NCBI GenBank assembly: GCA_009914755.4
Contig: CP068257.2
Coordinates: forward strand, 23,456,001 to 23,520,000
Direction of reading: 5' to 3'
Source: the human T2T-CHM13v2.0 reference genome, Homo sapiens
DNA length: 64,000 nt
The notes under the pieces: generated by a model
Told to the model about the DNA's origin: nothing
What the model saw: the letters and a program-made list of their open reading frames with translations, nothing else
Database searches by the model: none
Part shown: positions 38,977 to 55,544 of the stretch, piece by piece
How the letters are laid out: each line of letters starts with the position of its first letter
Position numbering within the stretch: position 1 is the stretch's first letter
Made by a program: the position numbers and the translations under genes

Positions 38977-40728
38977 CCTGGGCTATGTTAGAATCACAGC
39001 ATGTTTCCTTGGAGCTCTTTAGAGCTCCAGGAATATGGGGCCTTCTCTCAATGAGTCAATCTGGAGTCATCATGATTGTCACAGCTAGAAAATGGATTTA
39101 GATTTGTCACTCTTTTGTTCAAATGTTTTGACAATCTAGAGACATATGTATTACCAAGGACAATACTTCCTTCAAATTTTCCTCAGTATCGCAAATAAAG
39201 CGTAATTTTTATTTAGCAGGCTTCCAGGAGAAGCTAATTCCCATATTAAAAATTAAAAACTGGTGGCTGTATCTATATGTAACAGTTAACTTTTTCCAAA
39301 ATCTTTTTATTTTAATATAGCTAATATTCATAACTTTCTACTTAATCCCTAAAAATAGATTATGTTTTTCCATGAAAGTTACATTTTTTTAACACCGAAC
39401 TGAATCCAATTATCTTTTGATGTCAGCCTGTGAGTAGCACAAAAATAAAATTACAATAACAATTGGAAGCTGATAAAAGTAAGAATCTTCAAAAATTAAC
39501 TTTTTGTTTCTAGTAAAGAAATCTTCAAGGATTTTAAAATAAACTTTTAATGGAACCCCTTGCACAGTATGTCTACTTGCGGGATATCATTTAGTTAAGT
39601 TAGTTTGAAGTAAATTTATTAAAAATATTGATTTGTTTTTATTATATTTCAAATTAAAATGATTACATAATAAAGTCACTTTCAGATACACATTAACTAT
39701 TTTTAATCTTTTAAATATGTTGTCATCAAATTCCTTTTAACGATAATAGGCTCTAATGGAAAAATATTACATCTATATTTCAAGTATGATCTACATTTTT
39801 TATAAAGAACTCTGAATCTTTTTTAATATAATAACCAAATCATTAGTAGCCTAATGATTGTCCAGAACAATAAAGCTAAATTGAAAAATACTTTTCCAAC
39901 TGACATGAATTTATACAATGAACTAAATCTTTAATGAAGTTTTCTGCAGTGATACAACTTAAAAACCATCTTAAAGTATTATATACTTGACACCAGAATC
40001 TTTTAACAATTTAAAAATACTCTCTTTAAAATGAGTTCTAACACCACCTGTACTGAGAGATACTGATTAGAGGAAGAAGAAAGTCACCTATGAATAAAAA
40101 TAGTTCAGAAGCCACTTTGCAAACATTTAGCAGTCTTTAAATTCTCTAGTCTTTTAAAAGGAGAAATAGGGATTCCATTGCATGTTATGCTACTATGGTT
40201 TTTTGTGTGTAGATGGAAGACATGAGCTATAATAATGGTTAAATATACTGTATATTGAATTACTCATCTCTAATGAGCTTAGAATAACACTTTTATGTGA
40301 GCACAAATTGTATATATCTAAATTTAATTATACATCATTGAAAGTATTTCACCTGGTTTGCCGTGAAATTCTTCACCTGTGTGAGCTTCTTCCTTCTCTT
40401 TTCCCTTTTTAGTTAACATGTTTTCTCTAAGTTCCAGAATCCAGAAATTGGTGCATAGTATAAAATCAACTGGTAAATTTTAACTTTAAATGTTGTTTCT
40501 GGATTATCTTTCTTAAGTACGTCAAAATCTACTCAAGTTAATACTAGGCTATCTTTAGAACTTGACTATAGGACACAGACTACAACATTCAACAGGAACA
40601 TGACCTTCCCCACTCCATTCTAATAGATGGATGAAGGGTCACAGATACTTATTATATTTATCCACATGAATTCCCATTTTAATTGAAAAGCAAATGCCTG
40701 AGAAAAGAGCTAGAAGGTTCTTATTTCT

Positions 40729-41044
<316 letters not shown>

Positions 41045-42405
41045 TAAATTATTTGTAATAAAAAGCTGTCTGATTTGGAAATAAACACTTTTAAAATGCA
41101 AAATTGTTTTGTTCATATCCTATGGCTGTCACGATTTATGTGGAGCTATTTAAACAATCGTCTTCTTCAAACGTATCTATATATTATGTTGAGGGAGGAC
41201 AATACCTTCTAGTGGAATCCATCAATAAATGTATTTCTCAGGCTTGTAACTAACATAATGTAACATTTCAGAATGTCTTTGTCCCCAGATGCTCTGCCAA
41301 TGGAATGCTCCCTGCTGCTAAAAGTTATGCTTTCCACCTCTTTTTATAACTTGTCTGGCAGACTTGGCATGAAGGTGACAACTTAAGCTAAAAATCTGTC
41401 AAAACAAAGAATAGCTAACAGGCATGTCTAAGGCTGATGTGAAAATGGAACACAAGCCAACTAGAATGAAATGTATGCTATATAGATGCTTGTTCAGAAA
41501 TAGGTACATCTGTGTTTACTGTAGTGAACACATATTTCTGGGCAACCATTTACTTTCCAGATCTACTGCAAGGTTCTCTGGATCCGTAGTGAAGACAGTC
41601 CCTGCCCTCAAGAACATAAACATAGGAACAGCTAACATTATTGAGCTCTCTCAGTGCTCCAGGAACTCTTCCAAATGCTTTCATATGTTACCTAATATTA
41701 AGATAATTAATCCTCACAATAAGGCTATGTGATAGGTGAATTATTGTACACATTTTGTAGATGAGAAAACCGAGGTACACAAAGTTAAAGGATCTTGCCC
41801 AGATTAGACAGATAGATACTAGGCTGTAGAGCCAGAGCTCACTTCCAAGCAGACCAACCCAGAGGCTCCACTCTTACCTACTCCTCCATCCTGCCTCTTT
41901 TGCAATGTTATGAAGGAGATACATGGATAAATGCAAAATTCCAACATAGAGGTTAGAGTGTTAAAGTATAAAAAGAATATTTGTGGTTTTGTTGCACACT
42001 GTGTGGACGTGAAGGGGAGTATATTAAAAAAGGATTCTCGTACAACATAATGGAGCAGGAAAGTTTGTTCGTCCCAGGCAAACAGAAAAGTATCTGCAAT
42101 AGTGCTGAATATTTTGTAAATCACATTGTGTCCTAAATTAACTGAACTCGAGATTTCATTCATTTTAGAAAAGGTGGTAAATAGGGTGTTTTGAAACAAC
42201 ATTGTTGCTGTTTATTCTTCAATGAGTTGCTAACAAATTATTCCAAATGTATTGGTGTGATGATTAAGATTTATCACTTACAAACCAGGAATTCCCTAGA
42301 AATCAAAGAACAAGAGTATAACTGTGAAAAAAGAATCTCTCATTTGGCTATGTATGCCCTTGTGTGTCATATTCCTGGGCAACACACGGTTATAAAAATG
42401 GACTC

Positions 42406-42751
<346 letters not shown>

Positions 42752-45566
42752 TTACCTCAATCAAAGGTTGTCCCTATTAGTGAGTGGAAACTAATTCTTC
42801 ACCCGTAACCACTATCTGTGTCCTGTCTCCTGAGTAACCCTCTAAGAACAGAACTACAGAAATCAGTCCTATGTCTTCCCTCTATGAGCCCAGTTCTCTG
42901 GCTAGCCCTTGTCTACCTGAATCCCACGTTAATTCTCCAACAAGAATAGAATCTGAAAAACTAAAATATTGGAAATCTTACCTAGTTTTTCCTCCTACAT
43001 CCCTCTGAAGCTGGATCCTTTAATGATCGATCACCTGAAAGAAATGTGATGTAGAAATATCACCAGAAAATATGAAATTTAAGATACAATGCACTTGCTA
43101 TGGCTAGATAGGTATATTGGTATAATCACTTTCTAGAGCAATTTTACATCTACGACATTTGAAAATGCCCAAAGCTTATTCAGCAATTTCACTTCTAGGT
43201 ATGAAACCTGGAAAAGCTGTCAAGAGTTTGTGCATAATTGTATCATAATATTGTCATAAAATAATCTAAATGTCCATCAACACAGAAATGGATGAATAAA
43301 ATGCAGTATATTTATGTGGTGAAATAATATAAAGTTTAAATGGGAAAAACAAATCCATATGCATCAACTAGGTAGATATCCATATTATAATATTGAGTAA
43401 AACATTTATTTTCTGCTTAAGGACACTTATAGAAATGAAAAGGTAGTGTTATTATTTATGGATATATATGTATAATATATACATATACATCTATACCTTC
43501 AAATTTCTTTGAATACAAGAAGCTAGAATATGATGACGAAAATCAACTTCCAAACAGTTTTCCTTCTGGGAAAGGAGAGAGGAAAATTGGACTGGAGGAG
43601 GAACAAAGAAAAGTTAAAATATTATCTATAATTTTTTTTATAGAATTATTCTAAAGCAATTGTGATCAATCGTTAAAATTGATCATGATGACTTCATGGG
43701 TGTCTGTAATGTATATTACATTCTGTCTTTCTTTTTAAAATTAGAAAGGAAAGGCACACAGCCCAGTTTGAGGATAATGTTGAAGGCCTGGAATAGAGGG
43801 CTTGGGTTGCTTATGTTGGGAGCCATCTCTCCTCTTTTCTCCTTTGAACTCACATTGAATTTCCTCTACTTGTCTTTAATTCTGCATTGATTAGCCCAGT
43901 ACACCTTTTACTTTGTTTTCATTTTATCTCTAAAATAATTTTACGTAGTGAGAAAGGCAGGCATTACTATGGCATTAGTTTCCTTAATGCTAATAAAATG
44001 AGGTGACTTTGCAACATGCATGTACTGATAGGCCAACCTCTGGATTAAGTCTAGGACCGGTCATCTTTCCAGTTTACTCTGTTGAGCTTGTCATAGAAGC
44101 AGGTGTACACCACGTCAGAGTGGTAGCATTAACAGCAGTTGTAGCTTTTGTTGTTGCTGCCACAGTCTTGTTACCACTTTATCTCAAATACGGCTATAAA
44201 GCAAATGTATTTTAGAACACTCTCCAGCTGTTTTGTGCCGCAAAGATACAAGGCACTGGGAGGAAAGCAATCCACCATAACGGTTTCTTGGTGGCTTTCT
44301 CCAATCAGTATTACATAGGTAGGGAATTTGTTTTGACTATGGTATGAGGTAATGTATTATTTTCTGGCTTAAAAACTGACAGCTAAAAGGGGTTTTGAAT
44401 GAAAATTGTGACATTTACAGAGAGAGCAATGATCTTATACAGAAGTCAGGTGGTGGCTTTTTTTTTTTTGCCATTCTGACAGACAGAAGACCTACAGTGA
44501 AGTTATTTTTTTGTCTTGTTAAAACAAATAACTGAAGTAATTCATACCTTTTTTCTGCCCTATTTTTGCTTTGTGTACAATTAAGTATTAAAAGACAATT
44601 TTTCTATTGGGTAAGATTTACCACTGTGTGTATTGATTTCCTTTGAAGTTACTGCAATTGTCTAAGCTGTTACAAGTTTTTATAGCACCATAATGTTCAT
44701 TTAAAATGACCAAAAAAGAGTAAGGATCTCAGGCAAATATAATTATAGAAGTTTACACCAATAATATAATAAACTTTGGCTTTAGGAGAATGCTCTAAAA
44801 TTGCCTTTCTATACATACTACAGGCAACAAAAATGCTATAACAAAGATATTAATTTCCCTAGGACATTCAGCCTATTTGCCTAGAATTTTATTGTTGAAC
44901 ATATTGCTAAATATTCAGTTGCAGGAGTGTTTGCATAGTATCCCCCAAATTTACTATTTTAAGTGGTTCATTACCACCTACTGTATTTTGTTAGCTTTTG
45001 CCTGTATACCCTGCAGTTATAGTCTAAGGAAAGATAAATAAATGAAAGCAATAGAGATTCATGGTTCATGTATTTTAAATATTTGAATGGCAAGTTACAG
45101 CTGCCCATACAAATTTATAGAGACAGGCAATCTCAGCACTGTGACGGAACTTCATATAAATGTCAACAGGCATTCAAAGGTTGTACTTTCACTAATTTCA
45201 CAATGGGTAAGTCTCTCTTGACTTCCTGCCTTCTGAAACAGTTCGTTTGATGCCTTCCTGACTCTTTACACCCTCGGCAAAGGCCGCGGTAGTAAAGGTC
45301 CTTCCAGGACTGGCATGTGGTCATGAACAGCCTGTGTGGGCCTCATATAGTCCCAGCTCATCTGGCAGGATTGGGATGAATGTGATGCTGTGGCCAAATG
45401 TTACTTTAAGGGGCCATAAATGTCTTAGAGTATATTGCTTTATTTCCTTGCCTATATAAGAACAAATTTACATTTCGGGAAATATTAGAAGATTTTTTTT
45501 CTATATTTCCTAACTCTCTTTTTTTTCACTAAAGTTCTAATGTCTAGCTACAGAAATTTGATGTAG

Positions 45567-45938
<372 letters not shown>

Positions 45939-45940
45939 CT

Positions 45941-47750
<1,810 letters not shown>

Positions 47751-47757
47751 ACAAAAA

Positions 47758-48888
47758 GCTTTTCTAGGCACATGGTGCAAGCTGTCAGTGGATCTACCAT
47801 TCTGGGGTCTGGAGAACAGTGTCCCTCTTCTCACAGATCCACTAGGCAGTACCCTCGTAGGGACTCTGTGTAGTGGCTTTGACCCCACATTTCCCTTCTG
47901 CACAGCCCTAGCAGAGGTTCTCCATGAAGACCCTGCCCCTGCAGCACACTTTTGCCTGGGCATTCAGGCATTTCCATACATCTTCTGAAATCTAGGTGGA
48001 GGTTCCCAAACCTCAGTTCTTGACTTCTGTGTACCTCAATACTTTCTGTGCAGCCCCAACACCACATGGAAGCTGCCAAGGCTTAGGGCTTCCACCCTCT
48101 GAAGTCACAGCCCAAGCTGTACACTGGCTCCTTGCAGCCTTGGCTGTAGCAGCTGGGACACAAGGCATCAAGTCCCTAGGTGGCACACAGCAAGGGGGCC
48201 CTAGGCCTGGCCCACAGAATCACTTTTTCCTCCTGAGCCTCCAGAACTGTGATGGGAGGGGCTGCAGTGAAGCTCTATGACATGGCCTGGAGACATTTTC
48301 CCCAAGGTCTTGGGAATTAACGTTAGGTTCCTTGCTACTTATGCAAATTTCAGCAGCTGGCTTGAATTTCTCCTAAAAAAACACAGGCTTTTTTTTTTTC
48401 TACTGCATCGTCAGGCTGCAAATTTTCTGAACTTTTATGCTCTGTTTCCCTTTTAAACTTGAATGCTTTTTAACAAAACCCCAGTCACATTTTGAATGCT
48501 TTGCTGCTTAGAAATTTCTTCTGCCAGATACTCAAAATCATCTTTCTCAAGTTCAAAGTTCCACAAATCTCTAGAGCAGGAGCAAAATGCCACTGGCCTC
48601 CTTACAAAAACATAACAAGGATTACCTTTGCTCCAGTTCCCAACAAGTTCCTCAACTCCATCTGAGACCACCTCAGCCTGAACCTTATTGTTCATATCAC
48701 TATCAGCACTTCTTTAATCAAAGCCATTCAACAAAGGGATCTCAAGGAAGTTCCAAACTTTCCCACATTTTCCTGTCTTCTGAATTCTCCAAACTGTTCC
48801 AATCTCTGCCTGTTACCCAGTTCCAAAATTGCTTCCACATTTTCCGGTATCTTTTCAGCAACACCCCACTCTCCATACCAATTTACCA
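47758..48888 (-). mobile_element. MaLR internal region (THE1-int-like), reverse orientation, attached to the LTR at 48889-49232
   Basis: The segment 48490-48880 is the reverse complement of 55550-55910, the sequence that immediately follows the plus-strand THE1 LTR at 55191-55544. Likewise 47760-48300 is the reverse complement of 56540-57170. So this is a second copy of the same LTR-proximal internal sequence. Confidence 0.6.
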
Positions 48889-49232
48889 TATTAGTTCATT
48901 TTCATGCTGCTGATAAAGCATATCTGACACTGGGAACGAAAGGAGGTTTAATTGGGCTTACAGTTCCACATGGCTGGGGAGCCCTCAGAATCATGGTGGG
49001 AGGGGAAAGACACTTCTTACATGGTAGTAGCAAGAGAAAAATGAAGAAGTAAAAGCAGAAACCCCTGATAAATCCATCAGATCTCGTGAGACTTACTCAC
49101 TATCACGAGAATAGCATGGCAAAGACTGGCCACCGGGATTCAATTACCTCCCCCTGAGTCCCTCCCACAACACGTGGGAATTCTGGGACATACAATTCGA
49201 GATTGAGGGGGTGACACAGCCAAACCATATCA
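48889..49232 (-). mobile_element. MaLR LTR, THE1/MST-class (5' LTR of the reverse-oriented element)
   Basis: The reverse complement begins tgatatggtttggctgtgtcacccctcaatctcgaattgtatgtcccagaattcccacgtgttgtgggagggactcagggggaggtaattgaatcc and ends ...ccagtgtcagatatgctttatcagcagcatgaaaatgaactaatatgg. Confidence 0.75.
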
Positions 49233-49976
49233 GACCGTGTATTTTCAGATAGCCAGTTTTTAAGCTATTTCTTTCTTGTACTCTATCAATTCTGCTAAGA
49301 GGCTCTGATGCATTCTTCAGGATGTCAATTAAACTTTCAACTCTAGAATTTCTGCTTGATTCTTTTTCATTATTTCAAATCTAAAAAAATTCTGAATTAT
49401 TTCTTTGTCTTATCTTGAATTTCTTTGAGTTTCCCCAAACAGCTATCTTGAATTATCTGTCTGAAAAGTCATGTATCTCTGTCTCTCCAGGATTGGTCCC
49501 TATTGCCTTATTTAGTTTATTTGGTGAGGACATGTTTTCCTAGAGGGTCTTAATGCTTCTAGATGTTTGTCAGGGTCTGGGTGTTAAAGAGTTACCTATT
49601 TATTGTAATCTTTGCCATCTGTGCCTATCTTACTTGGGAAGGTTTTCCAGGTATTTGGAAGGACTTAGGCCCCAAGCCCAAAAATTATGTGGTTCTTGAA
49701 TACTCGCAGAGGTACCACTTTGGTGGTCTTGAATAAGATCCAGATGAATTCTCTGGATTTCCAGGCAAAGACTCTTGTTTTATTTTCTTACTTCCTCCCA
49801 AACAAATGGAGTCTCTCTCTCTCTGTGCTGAGCTGCATGGAGATGGGAGTGGGGTGATGCAAGCACCCCAGTGGCCACCACCACTGGGACTGCTCTGGGT
49901 CATACTTGAAGCCAGCCCAGCACTGGATATCACCCACCGCCCACTTTAACCAGTACCTGGCTTCTACCTATGTTCG

Positions 49977-51000
49977 CTCAAGGCCCTATAGCTCTACAGT
50001 CAGCAGGTGGGGAATCCAGGCAGGTTTCTATCTTTCTCTTCAGAGCAGTATGTTCCCCAAGCCTTGAGTATCTCCAGAAGTAATGTCTTAGAACCAGAGA
50101 TTAGAGTCAAAATCCTTAGAAATCTACCTGGTGTTCTACCCTACTGCAGCTAAGCGGGTCTTCAACCCATAACTTCAAGTTCTTTCCTCTCTTCCGTCTC
50201 CTTTCCATAGGCAAAGGAGACTTTCTCAGTGGACGCCGCCAACACTGGCCCACAGGAAGTTATGCCAGACAGCCGTCAATATTCACTTAAGGCCCAAGGG
50301 CTCTTCTGTCAGCCTGTGGTGAATGCTGCCTGGCCTGGGACTCACCCTTCAGGGCAGTGGCCTCCTATCTGACCAAGCAAAGGTCCAGAAATGCTATCCA
50401 AGAGCCTAGACCTGGACTCAGGGACCCTCAGTCCTGCTTGGTGCCCTACCCTACCTTGGCTGAGCTGGTACCTAAGGTGCAAGATAAAGTCCCTTTCACT
50501 TTTCCCTCTGCTTTTCTCAAGCAGAAGAGAGTCTTTCACTGTAGTCACTACAGCTGGGAACGTTCTAGGTCTCACCTGAAGTAAGCATATCTCAGAGTCT
50601 TACCCAAGGCCCATGGCATGCTACCTGGGTATTACTGTTGAATTTTCAGGCCCTAAGGGCTCTTGAGTGAATAGGTGATGAATCCTGGCAGGACTGAGCC
50701 TTTCCCTTCAAGTCAGCAGGTTCCCTTCTGGCCCAGGGTATGTCTAGAAGTGTCATCCAGAAGCTGTGACCTGGAATGGGGGCCTCACGACTCTCTGTCC
50801 AGTGCCTTATATTACTGTGGCTGAGCTGGTATCCAAGATGCAAGAAAAATTGCTCTTTACTTTTTGCTCTCCTCTCCTCAAGCAGAAGGAAAAAGTCATT
50901 TTCATTGCTGTGAGCTATGCTGTCTGTTATTGAGGGAGTGGTAGTGCAAACACTTCCTTATCTCACCCAGTTGGTGTCTCCCTAGGTGACATGCCACCCT
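49977..51000. repeat. Tandem array of three diverged ~310-360-bp units
   Basis: Unit starts are near 49977 (ctcaaggccctatagctctacagtcagcaggtggggaatccaggcagg), 50286 (cttaaggcccaagggctcttctgtcagcctgtggtgaatgctgcctggcctggg) and 50648 (caggccctaagggctcttgagtgaataggtgatgaatcctggcaggactgagcc). Unit ends are also homologous (ggctgagctggtacctaaggtgcaagataaagtccctttcacttttccctctgcttttctcaagcagaagagag vs ggctgagctggtatccaagatgcaagaaaaattgctctttactttttgctctcctctcctcaagcagaaggaaaaag). Confidence 0.55.
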
Positions 51001-52899
51001 AGTCCACTGGCTCTAAGCCCTTTCCAGAGCTAGGACTTGCCTAGGAATTGCAGTCCTTGTGTCCTTGACTGCCTTTCAAGATTACCTAGGACTATAAAAC
51101 ACTTTAGCCTGCAGAAGTGAGTCTTGCTGAGAACCTCAAGTTCCAGCCACTGGGATGGGCAATTCTCCTCAGCGAGGGCCAGCCCAAGTGTTTTCTCCAT
51201 GGGCAGGTGCCTGCTGAGCTAAGCACAACTTTGCTCTTGACTGTGGCAGGGCAGCAGTGAGTTCAATGCCAAGTCCCCCAGTGGCTGTGCTCCCCTCACT
51301 CCGAGTGCACAGATTCTGTCTGCATTCCATGCAGCTGCTGCCTAGGAATGGTAGCAGAGTAGCATCAGCAATTCAAGACTGTCTTTCCTACCCTCTTCAG
51401 TGCCTCTTTTAGCAACATGAAGTTAAAACCAGGTACTGTGGTTGCTCACCTGATTTGTGGTTCTAATGACAATGCTCTTTTGTGTGCAGATAGTTGTTAA
51501 AATTTGGCGTTCCTGTGAGAGGGACAATCAGTGGAGGCTTCTACTCAGCCACCTTGCTCCACTTATTAAAGTACCTTTTTTTTCCCTTCATTTGTGACCA
51601 TCATTTGGATTTGCTTCACCAAAGCACAAAAAGTGTAATTCAGATTGAAGATTTTATCCTGTATTTTTTTTCCTACTTCCTATATCTTTAACCTTTTATC
51701 CATAGGGGAGAGAGAGAAATATAATCTGATACAGCCTATTGGAATTACCCTTAATACCACCCTTATATCAGAGTTTACTCAAATTTAAATTATTAAATTT
51801 TCAAATTAGGATTTCCTATTCTATCCTCAGCCACCTTTTAAATATTCATGAATATCTTTTATAAGTTTTAAAATTATTTTGTAAAATGAATACAGGACTC
51901 TCCCTTTATTTGTGCTTTGTTCTTAACTAAATTCAAGTTTTGTGATTAAAAAAATCAAAGTATACCTCAACTTCTGTTGCAGTTTTCCTGCTTTATCTCA
52001 CTACTGTACTTACCTTGCCTTACCTAGTCAGAGGCTAACATATTTCTCTTCAAAAAGATTCAAAATAAAATTCTAGAGCAACTTCCTGATTAGTAATGGG
52101 GTTAAAATAAAAAACAATATTGCCTTGGAGAAAATTTCTGTCTTCCTCTTTAAAATGAAGCATTATAAGACAAGAGAGAAGTACTACCTTGAATAAAAAC
52201 CCATCGAAGCTTTTCTGGCAAAAGCTTTTTCCCTGCTGCGTCTTTATTGATTCCTTCAAGCTTCACATCCATGTTAGATATATTTGTAGGTATTAATGAG
52301 ACAGAGCATGCAGTCCAATGGAGTTACACAGTTTTAAGAAGTCTAGAGCTAATCAATTCAACAGATAGAGGAGTGTTACATTTCCAAAATGATTTTATAT
52401 GAAATGAGACACTTTTGAAGTAGTACTAAGACATGCACACACAAAAAACTTTAATATATGTTTTAAAAAGAAGCTTAATAAATATAAGCTTTTATTAATT
52501 AAAATTTGAAATAAATATCTCTTCAGTACAGAATATATGTGAGATGAAATCTAAGAGGTTTAGTAGAGAGAATACATATAAAATTCTGAGTAGAGAGAAC
52601 ATATATAATTCAGATAAATTATGATGATGATCACCTATGCAAAAATATACGAGATTTAACAATTGATTCAAGATTTCAGGCTAGGAAACAAAATAAAATG
52701 AATGCATTGTGTTTCTCCTTTATGGATTTCTTCATTTGGAATTCCACTGAAAATGTGTGCTCTCTACTCCTAAGTGTATGGTGTGGAAAAAATAAAAACC
52801 TAATAGGTGGCACGCCCATAAAGTATATTTTAGAAAAAGTTAGGTAATCTTAGCAGAAATTATGAATAAGAATTTTTAAATTCAAATATGAAACTATAA

Positions 52900-53950
52900 T
52901 AACCATAGGGTGTGAGCAGGAGGCTGCGAATCTAGATTTCAGACCCTGAAGGGCTGCTGCAGGAAACCAAGAAAGCAACAGAGGACATGGCAGAGCTCAA
53001 GATATTTGCTGAGACCAAATAAAAGGCAACAACAACAACAAAAACACAATAAAACTCCTAAGCAGACTCATGTTGTAGCCTCTACAGTAACCAATAAAGA
53101 ACAGAAATAGAATGCATAACAAGTTGATAGAAAAGATGGAATAATAAAATATTGTGCAATTTATTAATATGAACATTATGCTGCTATAAAAATTAACTAT
53201 TTCAAAACTAAAAGTAAAATCACATTCCTCTTTTACATATGATCAAAATAGATATCTTACATGGACTAAACATTTATATATCAAAATAAAGTGATAAATG
53301 TAAAGGAAGAAAATATTGTTGAATATTTGTATCATATGAAAGAGGTTCTGAGCATGATGGAGCAGTTGTGTGGATTTTCATTTAATAAAATCTTTAAGTG
53401 TCTTTGTATGAATTGGCTTTTAAACATCTACAAAGCAAATGATAAATTTAAAAGTTACAATCTATTATTGTATGTACTTGAAAGGAAACAAAATGGATTA
53501 CAAAAAAAACTATTGAGAACATTTTTAGGTCACTTTCTAAAGGATAGATGATAGTCGGATTCCGATTTGTTACTCTAAAAATATAAAGCAACAGATATCA
53601 ATTGTTATACACCCAATTAGAAAATAGAGAGAACTGTTGATATACATAAAACACGCTTTTTAACAAGGGTTTGGGGAGAAAGACACTCATAAAATTAATA
53701 GAGGACTATAAAATAGTACCTTTTTTCTGGATATAAATTTGATATTATACATCTGAAACTAGCAACTCCAGTTCTGAGATTTATCTTAAGCAAGTAATCA
53801 AATATGTACCCAAAGATGATGATGGTAACAGTGAGAAATTGCTTATAACAATAAAAAATTGGAAACTTGAATGCATAATATCAAGGTGTTAGGTACACTA
53901 AAGACAGCTAAATAAAATGCTGATAAAATGCTAAATAAAATGATAAATAA
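52900..53950 (+). mobile_element. Possible ancient L1 (L1ME/L1MC-like) 3'-region fossil, tentative
   Basis: The AT-rich stretch has old-L1 ORF2/3' UTR sequence style (…gctataaaaattaactatttcaaaactaaaagtaaaatcac…tacccaaagatgatgatggtaacagtgagaaattgcttataacaataaaaaattggaaacttgaatgcataatatcaaggtgttagg…). It is too diverged for a firm call. Confidence 0.3.
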
Positions 53951-55190
53951 AATGGAATATTATATAGCAATGTTATATAAATATATATAAATTATATATA
54001 AATTTATATAAAAATTATATAAAAAATAGCTTATAGTCTTGGAAAACCCCATTTATTAACAATTTTTTGGAGCATCAGTTTATTTTGTAACGAAAGTATT
54101 TACATATCTAACTGCATATACATACAAACACACATGCATTACATTGGGAAATTACACATCACCTGGTAACAACAGAAATACATAACTAGTGGAATTTTTG
54201 TAATACATTTTGTTTTGCTTATACATATATTTTTCTCAATAAATATGTATTACTTGCAAAATAAGTAATAAAAATACTATCTACAACCCCAGGGTAGAAG
54301 CAGCTGCAGAATTCAGTTCACTTCCCCAAGGTTCTTCCATCTCTAGAGTTTTAACCCTCCACGTGTCCACTGTACTCAATCTACGATTTCTCTATTTTAT
54401 TTCACTTTTCTAATGAATTTCAGAAGGAGCTCTGCTGTGCCACCAGCTATTTATTTCTCCTGGAAGCAGAGCCTGAAACTTTCATTAAGAAAGGCTTATT
54501 TTTTGTGATAACTGAATGATAATGAAAATGAGAACTTTTGTTAAATTTCAAATTTATATTTACGTAAATGTACAACTACAATAAACACAGTTTCTTTTGC
54601 TTCGATTTATAATTAATCTTAACTAGAATATTGGAAAAACCCAGAGATGTGGCCATGATCACACAGTAGCATTCTTGTGTCATTGCGATGCTAGACTCTA
54701 CAGTGAATCTCTTCAATATGTCACTTGTTCATAAGTAGTGAACTGGTCGCATATCTTGCTTACAAAAAATCATTACCACTTATTATCTAATATAGCAGGC
54801 TTTTTATATTAAATAGTTCTAATTCTCTCAACAACTACATGTAAAAGATAAGGAAACTGAGGTTCTACGAGGTTAACATAAGCAGTTATGTGACTTGGGT
54901 CACAAAAGCAGTAAATCAGCTAAACCAGGATTAAAACTCATATCTGCCTAACTCCAAAATTAATACCTCCTTATACATTTAGAACACTTTTATGGTATCC
55001 TTCAGCAAATCAGACAAGTTCTGACCACACAGAATTTTAGTTGACTGTATTTGTACAGATCTACCTACTTCTCAGGCCCATGTGTTGTTGGCTTTGTAAA
55101 AATGTTGCCAGTACCCTCTATGAGATGTTGCTCCAGTTCCTCATTGCTGCATGGATGCTTTGGCATTGCAAAACCGTTCTCCAATATGAC

Positions 55191-55544
55191 TGATATGGTT
55201 TGGCTGTGTCCCCACCCAAATCTCATCTTGAATTCTAATTCCCACAATTGCCACGTGTTGTGAGAGATACCAGGTGGGAGGTAATTAAATCATAGTGGTG
55301 GGTCTTTTCCATGCTATTCTCATGATAGTGAATAAGTCTCATGTGATGGTTTTATAAAGAGGAGTTTCCTGGCACATGTTCTCCTCTCTGGTCTGCTGCC
55401 ATGTGAGATGTGCCTTTCACCTTCTGCCATCCTTGTGAGGCCTCCCCAGCCATGTGGAACTGTGAGTCCATTGAGCCTCTTTATTTTGTAAATTACCCAA
55501 TCTCGAGTATGTCTTTATTGGCAATGTGAGAACAGATTAATACA
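55191..55544 (+). mobile_element. MaLR LTR, THE1-class (5' LTR of the forward-oriented element)
   Basis: tgatatggtttggctgtgtccccacccaaatctcatcttgaattctaattcccacaattgccacgtgttgtgagagataccaggtgggaggtaattaaatcatagtggtgggtcttttccatgctattctcatgatagtgaataagtctcat ... cctccccagccatgtggaactgtgagtccattgagcctctttattttgtaaattacccaatctcgagtatgtctttattggcaatgtgagaacagattaataca is a near-consensus THE1 LTR. Confidence 0.8.
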
